A stretch of 64,000 nt of DNA from Hyphomicrobium sp. (GTDB lineage: Bacteria; Pseudomonadota; Alphaproteobacteria; Rhizobiales; Hyphomicrobiaceae). The position numbers and the translations under genes were made by a program. Under the pieces are notes generated by a model. It saw only the letters and a program-made list of their open reading frames with translations, did not search any database and was not told the origin of the DNA. Below, in pieces: positions 18,399 to 27,750 of the stretch; the first letter of the stretch is position 1, and each line of letters opens with the position of its first letter. The DNA is taken from NCBI GenBank assembly GCA_041659545.1, contig JBAZYB010000001.1, positions 119,510-183,509 of the forward strand, given 5' to 3'.

Positions 18399-19240
18399 CA
18401 GTCCCGGTGCGCCGTTTGCGAAGGATGCCTCGCGCTGCCAGCGCGCACTTCGTCGCCGATGCGCTCGCAACGAGGGTCGTCACCGCACACAGTGGGTACC
18501 ATCTCGATATCGAGGGTGGTCTGCAAGCGAGTCAATACGGCATGGTGTTTGTTGCAGCGCGACTAGCCCTATATGCCGCGCTGTACGTTCATCTGGCGAG
18601 ACAGGGGAAAGTGGCGATGCTGCCCGCGGACATGCGAGAGATAGGCAGCCAAGTGTTCGACCTATTAGCCGCGGACCCAGCAGAAGCGGACGTGCTAGCA
18701 ACGGCAATGGAGTTCGAGCGCGCGAATCCGTCAACCCCTGACGAGGTGCGCCAGTTCGTCGAAGCGTATCGCGCGTTCTTTGCGAACGTCCTGCAGCTCG
18801 ATCGCGGATTTGCGCATGCCACACTGTTCTCGGACAACACCTACGATCAGTACTTGAACTATGCCTCCGAGCTGACCAAGGCATTCGAATTGATTGGTAT
18901 TGCCGGCATCAATATTCCGGACATCCGCGCGCGCGCAGCGAAGCGGACCGCTGTGGCGGGTCGCCTCTCCGTAGGAGAGCCGAATGTGCCTTCCCTCTCG
19001 ATAGCTAAACCGATTGAGGAAACAGCGCCAGATGTCCGACAGGTCGTCGTGTCGCTTGACGAACGCGATGTCGAGCCACTGCGTGCGGCGCTGCGTGCGC
19101 TAACCGAGGCAATCACGGCCGAGCTTGCATCGACCGACGGCCGCGATGAGCGGCGCGAACTACTAGTTCGCCAAGGTGGGTTCGAGCGGACGCTGGAGCG
19201 GTTGGCTGAACAGGCACGGCCGACTTTATCAAAGCCATGA
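18395..19240 (+). CDS. Hypothetical helical protein coupled to the NTase gene
   Basis: ATGA overlap with both neighbours. 281 aa, Ala/Leu-rich. No motif recognised. Confidence 0.55.
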   Translation: MTVPVRRLRRMPRAASAHFVADALATRVVTAHSGYHLDIEGGLQASQYGMVFVAARLALYAALYVHLARQGKVAMLPADMREIGSQVFDLLAADPAEADVLATAMEFERANPSTPDEVRQFVEAYRAFFANVLQLDRGFAHATLFSDNTYDQYLNYASELTKAFELIGIAGINIPDIRARAAKRTAVAGRLSVGEPNVPSLSIAKPIEETAPDVRQVVVSLDERDVEPLRAALRALTEAITAELASTDGRDERRELLVRQGGFERTLERLAEQARPTLSKP

Positions 19241-20691
19241 TTGACGAGCCCGCGACGCAGGGGCCGCGATGGTCCTTCGGCGACCGGGTGAACCGCGTCG
19301 ATGAATCCATGATGATTGCCGGAGAGCTGCGCGAAGCTATTGATGGCGAGCGTTACGTCGTCTTCAATCCGGCCGATAGCTTGGAGGTCGGCACGGCGCC
19401 GCTCGGAACTCCGGCAGATGCAAGGACCGCTGTAGATGCTGCGGAGCGAGCTGGTGAAAAGTGGCGAGCCGTCAGTGTGAAAGAACGCGCGCGCCTACTT
19501 GAGACTGCTGTGGACGCTGTAGCAAGCGAATGTGACGGTCTGTCCCAATTGCTAACGGCTGAACAGGGGAAGCCTTTACACGAGGCACGCGCCGAAGTTC
19601 TTAGCTTTATACAGAGGATGCGAGTCTTCGCTAGGATCGCTCGTGGCAACGCTGACGGCCACGTGCCTTTGGTGTCTGCGGTCCCGAGCAGACGCTCCGC
19701 GACAGCATCGGATACCCGGCCCGTAGTCGGACTGGTCGCTTGGAACTATCCGGTGGGCCTCGCGGCTAAGAAGGTCGGTCCGAACCTCTTAGCTGGGCGC
19801 GCAGTTGTTCTCAAGCCGGCGCTAACGACACCACTGACGACCCTCCGTCTAGTGCAGCTCATGAACCACGCAGGTTTGCCTGAGGGTGTTCTCAACTGCG
19901 TCACGGGTAGGGGCGACGTGATCGGCAAGGCTCTCGTCGCCGACTCGCGGGTCGGGCGAATTCACCTGTCCGGAAGCGATCAGACCGGCACCTCAGTCGC
20001 ACGCAACGTTCGATCGAACTTTCCAGAAATGATTCTTGAGTTGGCAGGATCGGACCCGATGGTGGTCTGCGCGGATGCCGATATCGCGGCCGCCGCCACG
20101 GCCGCGACCGTCGGGAGATTCAAGAATGCTGGTCAAGCATGCATAGCGGTCAAACGGCTGTATGTCGACCGCGACATCTATCCTGAGTTCGTGGCACGGC
20201 TGCGCGATGAAGTCAGCAGGCTCGAACCCGGAGACGGCCGCATTGAGACAGTCCCGCCGCGCATACGGATGGGCCCTCTTCACACGGGTGCTCAGCGAGA
20301 ACGGGTTGAGGCGCAATTGTTCGACGCTCTTGAAAGTGGTGCGTCCTTAATTATCGGCGGCTCGCGGCCAGCCAAAGCGGCCCTCTGCTCTGGGTACTTT
20401 CTCGATCCGACGGTAGTCGCGCACGGACCAACTTCGAGCCGCCTCCTGACGGAGGAAGTGTTTGGTCCGGTATTGCCCGTTGTCAAGACCTCCGGTCTGG
20501 ATGATGCAATCACGAAAGCCAACCAAAGCACCTGGGACCTGAACGCATCTATCTGGACCCGCGATCAGACCGTCATTGACACCGCTCGGGCGAGTCTTAA
20601 ATGCCGTTCACTCTGGGTGAACCGCCTGCCATTTGGATTCGAGCCCGGCGATAAGGTTGAGCGCACCACGGCCCTGAGCCAATCCCATTGA
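19237..20691 (+). CDS. NAD(P)-dependent aldehyde dehydrogenase family protein
   Basis: VLKPALTTPLT, ILELAGSDP (general-base Glu context) and FKNAGQACIAVKRLYV (catalytic Cys context), at ALDH length. Confidence 0.85.
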   Translation: MIDEPATQGPRWSFGDRVNRVDESMMIAGELREAIDGERYVVFNPADSLEVGTAPLGTPADARTAVDAAERAGEKWRAVSVKERARLLETAVDAVASECDGLSQLLTAEQGKPLHEARAEVLSFIQRMRVFARIARGNADGHVPLVSAVPSRRSATASDTRPVVGLVAWNYPVGLAAKKVGPNLLAGRAVVLKPALTTPLTTLRLVQLMNHAGLPEGVLNCVTGRGDVIGKALVADSRVGRIHLSGSDQTGTSVARNVRSNFPEMILELAGSDPMVVCADADIAAAATAATVGRFKNAGQACIAVKRLYVDRDIYPEFVARLRDEVSRLEPGDGRIETVPPRIRMGPLHTGAQRERVEAQLFDALESGASLIIGGSRPAKAALCSGYFLDPTVVAHGPTSSRLLTEEVFGPVLPVVKTSGLDDAITKANQSTWDLNASIWTRDQTVIDTARASLKCRSLWVNRLPFGFEPGDKVERTTALSQSH

Positions 20692-21557
20692 GGCGCCGGT
20701 TGCTTGGGAGGAGTGGAATAGAGGTCTCGGCCATAGGGTTCGGCTGCATGGGCCTCTCGGAATTTCGCGGCCCTACGTCGGCAGAGGATGGGATCAAGGC
20801 CATCCACCGCGCCCTCGAATTGGGCATTGATCATTTCGACACCGCCGACATGTATGGCCACGGAGCCAATGAAGAACTCGTCGGAGCCGCGCTTGCCGGA
20901 AGGTGCGGTCAAGTTGTGATCGCGACCAAGTGCGGCATCGTCCGGAGCGCCGACGGTCATCGCCGGGATGGCCGCCCCCAGTACATCCGCGACGCCTGTC
21001 TGTGCAGTCTGAAGCGGCTGCGTCGCGAATACGTCGATCTGCTGTATTTGCACCGCGTGGATCCGTGCGTCCCAATCGAAGATAGCGTGGGTGAGATCGC
21101 CAGGCTGGTTGCTGAAGGCAAGGTCCGGGCCATTGGTCTGTCAAAGATCGATGGCGGACTGCTGCGCCGGGCGAGGACTGTCGCCCCGATTGCGACGGTG
21201 CAAATGTCTTACTCGGCTTCGGACCGGAGAGTGGAAGCGGAATTGCTGCAGGTCTGTCGGGAGGTCGGCAGCGCCCTTGTCGCATACTCGCCTCTCGGTG
21301 GTGGCAGCATGGCGAGGGCGGACGTGGCCGGAAAACTCGAGAGAGTGGCGCGCGACTACAATGCGACGCCAGCACAACTGGCGTTAGCCTGGCTGCTATC
21401 TCGGGGGCCCGACGTGGTGCCGATTCCCGGGATGCGCCTAGTCGCGCATGTAGAAGAGAACGTAGCCGCTTGTAGGAAGGTCGAGCGGGCAGAACTCGAG
21501 GGAGCCGTAGAAGCTGTGAGCCGGATTGTTACGAGTTCCGCGTGGGCGATTCATTGA
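20688..21557 (+). CDS. Aldo/keto reductase
   Basis: LGRSGIEVSAIGFGCMGLS and HFDTADMYGHGANEELVG, about 289 aa. TTG start overlaps the upstream TGA. Confidence 0.85.
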   Translation: MRRRLLGRSGIEVSAIGFGCMGLSEFRGPTSAEDGIKAIHRALELGIDHFDTADMYGHGANEELVGAALAGRCGQVVIATKCGIVRSADGHRRDGRPQYIRDACLCSLKRLRREYVDLLYLHRVDPCVPIEDSVGEIARLVAEGKVRAIGLSKIDGGLLRRARTVAPIATVQMSYSASDRRVEAELLQVCREVGSALVAYSPLGGGSMARADVAGKLERVARDYNATPAQLALAWLLSRGPDVVPIPGMRLVAHVEENVAACRKVERAELEGAVEAVSRIVTSSAWAIH

Positions 21558-22390
21558 AGCCGATCGCGGCTCTGAGCCGGGCCGACCGTTGCGTCTACGG
21601 ATCAAAGGCGACGGCGCTCGGCGAATTGACTCGGGCCGGATTCTCAGTGCCGGACGGCGTGGCGCTGCCAATGTCCGTGTTCGACGCCGTCGTCGACGGC
21701 GCCGGTCTCAGCGAACGAGTCCGCCTGTATGAGAGCGATGCCGCATCGGCTACGCCGCGGGAATTGATCGCGCTTGAAACGACCATGACCGGGCTGTTCG
21801 AGGGGGCGGCGCTTTCGGAACCAGATACCGTCGCCCTCGCTGCATTCGCTGAGGAAGGCACGACGTTTGCTGTCCGGAGTAGCGCAGCGAACGAGGATCT
21901 TGAAGGAGCGACCTTCGCAGGTCAGTATGTGTCATTTCTCAACGTCCCGCCCCACCTCCTTGTCTCACGGGTGTTGCAGTGCTTTGCGTCTCTCTTTGGT
22001 GCTCGCGCTGCGCTTTATCGCCGGAGAAAGCGCATCGAAGGAGTGGGGCGAATGGGCGTGATCGTGCAACAGATGGTGCAGGCGTCACATTCGGGTATCG
22101 TGTTTACGAAAGCGCCTCGGCACCCCGGAAAACTTCTGCTGGAATGCGGTTTAGGTTTGTGCGATGCAATTGTGTCTGGCCAGCTGGCGCCAAGCCGTTA
22201 CTACATTGACCGCTCCACGCTGGAGATTGACACCGCGCAGGAAACGTTTTCGCTGAGCGACAGCGACATCCGCCGAATTACACAGAAGGCACTTGTCATC
22301 GAAGCGCTGATGGGACACCCGCAGGACATCGAGTACAGCATCTTGAACGACGACTTGCTTGTGTTGCAGGCACGCCCGATTACGTCATGA
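21542..22390 (+). CDS. PEP synthase/PPDK N-terminal nucleotide-binding (PPDK_N) domain protein, stand-alone
   Basis: YGSKATALGELTRAGFSVPDG, FAVRSSAANEDLEGATFAGQYVSFLNV, MGVIVQQMV, GLGLCDAIVSGQ and PQDIEYSILNDDLLVLQARPIT match the PPDK_N pattern. It ends without swivel or PEP/pyruvate domains. Confidence 0.8.
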   Translation: MGDSLKPIAALSRADRCVYGSKATALGELTRAGFSVPDGVALPMSVFDAVVDGAGLSERVRLYESDAASATPRELIALETTMTGLFEGAALSEPDTVALAAFAEEGTTFAVRSSAANEDLEGATFAGQYVSFLNVPPHLLVSRVLQCFASLFGARAALYRRRKRIEGVGRMGVIVQQMVQASHSGIVFTKAPRHPGKLLLECGLGLCDAIVSGQLAPSRYYIDRSTLEIDTAQETFSLSDSDIRRITQKALVIEALMGHPQDIEYSILNDDLLVLQARPITS

Positions 22391-23241
22391 CTCGCCAGAC
22401 GGAAACCGGTGCGGCAGATTGGAACGACCGAGCGGTGCTCTACGGGTACGGCCTGTTCGAGACCATGCGTGTCTATCGCGGCGTGCCGTTCGTCTTCGAT
22501 GCGCATCTCGATCGCTTGGAGGCGTCGTTATCGTCGCTTGCCCTGAACAGGGTTCCGAATCGTGTGGCCTATCGTCGCGACGTGTTAGCGCTTGCCGCCT
22601 CGCTCGATGAGGGCGCAATCCGCCTGATGGTCACTGCTGGCAACCCCGATATGGATGTCGCGCCGACGCACCACGTCGCGGTCAGGGCTCTGCCCTATTC
22701 GCCCCGGTTGTACGCGACCGGAGCGACGGTCTGCATGGCGCGTGAACCTCGCAACGAACTCTCGATGCTGTGCCGCCACAAGACGCTGAACCAGCTTCAG
22801 AACATCATCGAGTGGCAGGCCGCCGTGAAGGCCGGCAGCCTGGATTGTCTGTTTCTGAACACGACGGGGCACCTGGCAGAAGGCTCGCGCAGCAACGTGT
22901 TCATAGTAAAACAGGGACGACTAATCACTCCCTCGCTGTCGTGTGGCATTCTTCCAGGCATTGCGCGCCTGATGGTGTTGGACCTGGCGCGGCAAGCCGG
23001 TCTATTCGTGACCGAGGCGCCTGTGACGACAGCGGACTTGTTCTCGAGTGATGAGTGCTTCTTGACGAACTCACTTGCCGAAGTGCTCCCCGTGCGTCAG
23101 ATTGGCACCGCTCGGCCGCAGCACTGTCCCGGCCCGATCACGAGCCTGCTGGCACAGCGATATCGCCAATGTACCGACGGCGTCACGCCCTACGCATTGC
23201 CGTCTCTTCTTCTATCCGAATGTGGAGATAGCCGCACGTAA
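22387..23241 (+). CDS. Class IV (fold type IV) PLP enzyme, aminodeoxychorismate-lyase/branched-chain aminotransferase-like
   Basis: YGYGLFETMRVYRGVPFVFDAHLDRL, the Lys context CRHKTLNQLQN, SNVFIVKQGRLITP and ECFLTNSLAEVLPV. ATGA overlap upstream. Confidence 0.75.
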   Translation: MTRQTETGAADWNDRAVLYGYGLFETMRVYRGVPFVFDAHLDRLEASLSSLALNRVPNRVAYRRDVLALAASLDEGAIRLMVTAGNPDMDVAPTHHVAVRALPYSPRLYATGATVCMAREPRNELSMLCRHKTLNQLQNIIEWQAAVKAGSLDCLFLNTTGHLAEGSRSNVFIVKQGRLITPSLSCGILPGIARLMVLDLARQAGLFVTEAPVTTADLFSSDECFLTNSLAEVLPVRQIGTARPQHCPGPITSLLAQRYRQCTDGVTPYALPSLLLSECGDSRT

Positions 23242-23248
23242 CGCTCGC

Positions 23249-24646
23249 GTGGGAAATCGCTGCGTGCTCGTGCACAATGCGATCCGGTACTCGGGTTCTC
23301 GACTTGATGGCCTGTCCGGGCAGTTGGCAGAAACCCTGGCGGCGTCGGGAGTGTCGGTCCACAGTCGCGTTGCGGTTTGCCTGGGAAACTCGCCGGCCTT
23401 TGTGATCGCGGTGCTGGCCTTGGACAAGCTGGGTTGCGGCGTCTTCTACCTGAGCCCGCGATCCACTCAGGCAGAGGGCCAGGATTTCATCACGAGAGCA
23501 AAGCCAGCGGCTTTGCTGCTGCCGGGCGGGGACGCTTCGACGCACTTCGCCTGCCCTGATGCAACTGAGTTCAGGCCCGGGCAGCCGTTCTCAATATCTA
23601 TCGTCAGGCTCTCAGGTGTCGATGCGAAGGGCTCGGTCACCGCGCACATGACTTCGGGGGTCTCAGGTCGCTCGAAGATCTCCCTGAGACCACCTGCGGC
23701 GATCGAAGATGAGCTCGAGACGTTTGCGGCCCGGCTGGATCTAGGGCATGAGGACGCGACTGTTTGCCCCTGCAGCCTGGCGCACATGTACGGGTTTGTG
23801 AACGGCTTGCTCCTACCGTTGTGGTCTGGACGTCCGCTTGTGCTCGTCGACAACTGGTTGTTGCCAAACGAGCTGATCCGCCAGATTCGCCTGTTCCGGC
23901 CCCGCGTGCTGATCGGCGTGCCGGTCATGTTCGACGCCTTGTCACGCGCCTACGGAGCTGCCGCCGATGACCTGGCATCGCTGCGGATCTGTTTTTCGGC
24001 CGGGGCGCCGCTCACGCGAGCTACGGTGGACGCATTCGGCAGGACGTTCGGCTTGCCCATTCATCAGCAGTATGGTTCGACCGAGACCGGTGTCATCGCC
24101 GTCAACCTACTCGAGCAGCCTGGGCGAGATCCGCTCTCGGTGGGAAGGCCCCTGGCTGGCCGCCATGTGACGGTCTGCACGGACGACGGCGAGGCGTTGC
24201 CTGGAGTGCGTGGAGAGATCGTCGTTCGAGGCCGAGCCGTGGCGTCGGGATACTTGGACGACCAGGACGATTTGTCCCGGTTGCGGGAGGGCGCGTTCTA
24301 CACCGGCGATCTCGGCGCCTTCGATGCAGACTCAGGTCTTCATGTCGTCGGGAGGGCCACCGCGACCATCAACGTCGCCGGCCTGAAGGTCGATCCGGTT
24401 GAAGTGGAGGCGGTGTTGAGCGCCTGCGATGCGGTCGCCGAATGCGCGGTGGTGCCGGGTGTCGATCGATCCGGCAACGAAGTGGTCCAGGCGTTTGTGG
24501 TTCAGAGGCGGGAAATCTCTGCCCGAGAGATTCAGCTGTTCTGCCGGCGGCGTCTGTCGGCGCACAAGATCCCGAGGCTGGTGCGATTCGTTGACGCGTT
24601 ACCCCGAACGGCGAGCGGCAAGGTGCTCGTCAGGCAGCTCATGTGA
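23249..24646 (+). CDS. AMP-dependent (ANL superfamily) ligase 1
   Basis: Divergent A3-like TSGVSGRSK, QQYGSTETG, YTGDLG and the C-terminal LPRTASGKVLVRQL. Start set to GTG 23249, just after the upstream stop. Confidence 0.8.
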   Translation: MGNRCVLVHNAIRYSGSRLDGLSGQLAETLAASGVSVHSRVAVCLGNSPAFVIAVLALDKLGCGVFYLSPRSTQAEGQDFITRAKPAALLLPGGDASTHFACPDATEFRPGQPFSISIVRLSGVDAKGSVTAHMTSGVSGRSKISLRPPAAIEDELETFAARLDLGHEDATVCPCSLAHMYGFVNGLLLPLWSGRPLVLVDNWLLPNELIRQIRLFRPRVLIGVPVMFDALSRAYGAAADDLASLRICFSAGAPLTRATVDAFGRTFGLPIHQQYGSTETGVIAVNLLEQPGRDPLSVGRPLAGRHVTVCTDDGEALPGVRGEIVVRGRAVASGYLDDQDDLSRLREGAFYTGDLGAFDADSGLHVVGRATATINVAGLKVDPVEVEAVLSACDAVAECAVVPGVDRSGNEVVQAFVVQRREISAREIQLFCRRRLSAHKIPRLVRFVDALPRTASGKVLVRQLM

Positions 24647-24655
24647 GGAGCGATC

Positions 24656-24958
24656 ATGACCCATCAAGAGATTAAGACGGATCTCATTCGGATCCTGACG
24701 TCCGAAAAGTTTAAGGAACTCGAAATCGATCCGGCCGATATTCATGACGATACTTCGTTGTTGAATGAAGTAATGGTCGATTCGCTCCAGTTGCTCGATT
24801 TCATCGCGGAGATCGAGCACGTGTTCGGCTTCAAGGCTACCGCGAAATACCTCAACCTGGACGTGTTCGACCGGTTCGCAGACGTCATCGACTTCGTTCA
24901 TCGATCCATGAAGGACGCACAGGTGGCGACTCTAGTCGGAGATCAAGGTGGCGACTAA
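24656..24958 (+). CDS. Acyl/peptidyl carrier protein 1
   Basis: 100 aa. LLNEVMVDSLQLLDFIAEIE carries the DSL phosphopantetheine-attachment motif. Confidence 0.75.
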   Translation: MTHQEIKTDLIRILTSEKFKELEIDPADIHDDTSLLNEVMVDSLQLLDFIAEIEHVFGFKATAKYLNLDVFDRFADVIDFVHRSMKDAQVATLVGDQGGD

Positions 24959-25274
24959 GATCCTGCACGGTGAGCCGGTCGGCGGTGGCGTGGTCACGGG
25001 CCGTGTCCGAGTGGTGATCAATCCCCGCGACGCCGTGACCGTTGAGGCTGGCGAGATTGTCGTAATTCCGCACAGCAGCCCCGAATACGCAATCGGCGTA
25101 ATGCAGGCGGCTGGTCTTATCTGCGAGTACGGTGGTGTCATCTGCCACATCTGCACCGTGGCCGCCGAACTAGGGATTCCTTGCGTTACCGAGGTCAAAG
25201 GAGCGACGGCTCTGTTGTCGACGTCCATGTCGGTAACGTTGGACGGTGACAACGGGATCGTCTATGCCGCCTGA
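24948..25274 (+). CDS. PEP-utilising enzyme mobile (phosphohistidine swivel) domain protein, stand-alone
   Basis: 108 aa. GRVRVV...EIVVIPHSSPEY...AGLICEYGGVICHICTVAAELGIPCV matches the PEP_mobile pattern, including the conserved His. GTG start. Confidence 0.75.
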   Translation: MATKILHGEPVGGGVVTGRVRVVINPRDAVTVEAGEIVVIPHSSPEYAIGVMQAAGLICEYGGVICHICTVAAELGIPCVTEVKGATALLSTSMSVTLDGDNGIVYAA

Positions 25275-26310
25275 CAGCGGCCAGGCCAGGGTGGACCGCT
25301 ATCGGGAGAGCCTGCGAAAGGGATGGCGGCACAACGGTGACTCTTACGTCTGGCCCATTAAACTCAGTGCGGCGATGCACTTGTTCGCAAAAGCGTATGG
25401 CGACGAGTTGATAGAAGACATCAACGCCCTGGAAGCCAGTGGAAAATCCCTCGCCGAGATCGCCCGCCCGTTCTACAACCCTGCTCGACCGTATCGCCTG
25501 ATCGACTATGCCATCTACAGTATGCGACGCAACCGTTGTTCCCTGAAGGAGCAGCGACAGATGGTGTTGCGGATGCTGGACATGATGAGATCCCTCAAAG
25601 ACAGCGACGAGTTCACCGAAGATGGGCGCAGCATCATTTATCGTCCGACCCAGGCCAAAGGTATCGCCGATCACCTAGCCTCATTGCCTCCAGCCTCTCT
25701 CGCGGAGTCGCAAGTCGTTCATCGATTCTGCGCAGCGATGTGGGCCTATACCGAGGCGATTTGGTTTCGCGCTCACGACGTAACGAAAGAGTTTCACGGC
25801 CCTTATGCGCCCCGCGACGATCAACACCCGTTCGTGGTAAAGGAGTACATGAACCTCAGTCCGCGGGAGCTGTGGCCGGACGAGCCGCTGCTCGAGTGTC
25901 AGCACATCGTCATCTACAAGTCGTACCGGCCTCCCGTGCGCGCGCGGGTTGATTGCCATAACCGTGTCTTCCACGAGGGCGGCGCACTGATTCCGCACCT
26001 CGACCGATACTCCGTCAGTGTTGACGGGGTCTGGCAGCCTTGCGACGTTTTGCCGCCGTACGTGGCCGCGATTCAACGCGCAATCCCCGCCATTGCCAGG
26101 GTCGTGGAGCAAATGAACTGGAACGAGGTTGCGCTGAAATACGCCGATATCTTCTGGTTCCGCAAGAAGCCCCTCACCGACCAACGTGGCCGGGACTGGA
26201 GGGTGCCCGAGTCGGTCCGTGACGCAGTGCGCGCGGGCAAGGAGTTGGACCGACGGCGAGTTGCCCTGTCCGAAGACGATTGCGAGAAATTGGCGCTGCT
26301 CACGATCTAA
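25264..26310 (+). CDS. Hypothetical protein (no recognisable family)
   Basis: 348-aa ORF whose start overlaps the end of the swivel-domain gene by 11 nt. Confidence 0.55.
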   Translation: MPPDSGQARVDRYRESLRKGWRHNGDSYVWPIKLSAAMHLFAKAYGDELIEDINALEASGKSLAEIARPFYNPARPYRLIDYAIYSMRRNRCSLKEQRQMVLRMLDMMRSLKDSDEFTEDGRSIIYRPTQAKGIADHLASLPPASLAESQVVHRFCAAMWAYTEAIWFRAHDVTKEFHGPYAPRDDQHPFVVKEYMNLSPRELWPDEPLLECQHIVIYKSYRPPVRARVDCHNRVFHEGGALIPHLDRYSVSVDGVWQPCDVLPPYVAAIQRAIPAIARVVEQMNWNEVALKYADIFWFRKKPLTDQRGRDWRVPESVRDAVRAGKELDRRRVALSEDDCEKLALLTI

Positions 26311-26326
26311 GGCCTAGAACAGTGGT

Positions 26327-27112
26327 TTGTTGTCGATGAGTGCCACAGAAAGCATGACGAGGCAACGGTTGCGCGACCGGTTCGAATCGATCGACGCGTC
26401 GCTGCCAACGGCGTATAGAGCGTTCGCGACTTTCCTGAACCTCGGCTACGTCCCGAATGGCGCCCCTCAGCGAGCGAGAGGTGGTCTTGCACTTCCCAAA
26501 CTGAATGCCGCCTCGACCAGATTGTTGTTTGAAGTCATCGGGTCATGCTCTTTGGATGGGAGAGCAGTCGTGGAGGTGGGAGCTGGTCGTGGCGGGAACC
26601 TCGCGGCAATTCAGCGGCACTATGGGCCACGAGTTCTGGTCGGGGCCGACCTTCTGTTCGGTAACACGAGATTCTGCGTCGAACATCACGACATCGGTTC
26701 AGGCGGATTCATCACGGCTGACTCGGAGGCGCTGCCGCTGCAGAGCGCCGCGGTTGACGTCGTCATCAACATTGAGTCGTCCCACTACTACCCGAACCGC
26801 CGTTCCTTCTTCGCTGAAGTCCAGCGCGTCCTCGCCGGGGGAGGCGACTTTCTTTACGCCGACATCCTGCCGGTCGACGAATTCGAGCGCGCGAAGACGT
26901 CTCTGGCCTCCCTCGGGCTCGCGATTGTTCGAGACGACGACATTACGGCCAACGTCGTTTTGTCATGCGAAGAGATTGGCAGGAGGAGGGCAGCGGGTCG
27001 TGGTGGTGGTCTGTATGACACCTTCGTCGTCGTTCCAGGCAGTCCCGAGTTCGACGCGCTGGCGTCTGGCCGCACGCCGTATCGAATTCTTGCCTTGACC
27101 AAGCCGCTCTGA
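26327..27112 (+). CDS. Class I SAM-dependent methyltransferase
   Basis: Motif I VVEVGAGRGGNL, then VDVVINIESSHYY and GGDFLYADI. Confidence 0.75.
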   Translation: MLSMSATESMTRQRLRDRFESIDASLPTAYRAFATFLNLGYVPNGAPQRARGGLALPKLNAASTRLLFEVIGSCSLDGRAVVEVGAGRGGNLAAIQRHYGPRVLVGADLLFGNTRFCVEHHDIGSGGFITADSEALPLQSAAVDVVINIESSHYYPNRRSFFAEVQRVLAGGGDFLYADILPVDEFERAKTSLASLGLAIVRDDDITANVVLSCEEIGRRRAAGRGGGLYDTFVVVPGSPEFDALASGRTPYRILALTKPL

Positions 27113-27135
27113 GTGCTACACGCGTTCGTCCGTTT

Positions 27136-27750
27136 GTGTCGATAAGCAAACACATTGCGTTAATCGATAACTACGACTCGTTCACCTTTAACTTATTTCA
27201 ATGGTTGAGGGGGGCCGGGGTCGGAGTGGATGTCGTGCGGAACGATAAGGCGACAGTCGGTGAAATTCGCGCCATGTGTCCAGACGGGATCGTAATCTCC
27301 CCGGGCCCCAAGGCGCCGGTCGACGCCGGCATCAGCATGGGCGTGATTAGCGAGCTTCGTGAAGTGTGCCCCATCCTTGGTGTCTGCCTGGGCCATCAAT
27401 GCATCAACGAGGTCTTCGGCGGCCGTACGGTGCGTGCCCCGTCGCCTTGGCACGGCAAGACCTCAGCTATTCGACACGATGGCCGACAGTTGTTTGCGGG
27501 CATTCCTCAGTCTTTCGAGGCCGCCCGGTACCACTCCTTGGTGGCGGAACGTCGCAGCATTCCAGATTCGCTGGCGATCAGCGCCTGGACCGAGGACGGG
27601 CTCGTGATGGGTCTGCGTCACCGAACCCTGCCCATTGAGGGTGTGCAGTTCCATCCGGAATCATTTCTGACCGGCTGGGGTGGAGCGATCCTGCAGAACT
27701 TTGTGAACCAACTAGCTACGAGCCCTCTCAAGTACGGCAAGGCAGGATGA
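27136..27750 (+). CDS. Glutamine amidotransferase subunit of aminodeoxychorismate/anthranilate synthase (PabA/TrpG type)
   Basis: LIDNYDSFTFNL, GVCLGHQ (nucleophile Cys) and VQFHPES. GTG start. Confidence 0.85.
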   Translation: MSISKHIALIDNYDSFTFNLFQWLRGAGVGVDVVRNDKATVGEIRAMCPDGIVISPGPKAPVDAGISMGVISELREVCPILGVCLGHQCINEVFGGRTVRAPSPWHGKTSAIRHDGRQLFAGIPQSFEAARYHSLVAERRSIPDSLAISAWTEDGLVMGLRHRTLPIEGVQFHPESFLTGWGGAILQNFVNQLATSPLKYGKAG

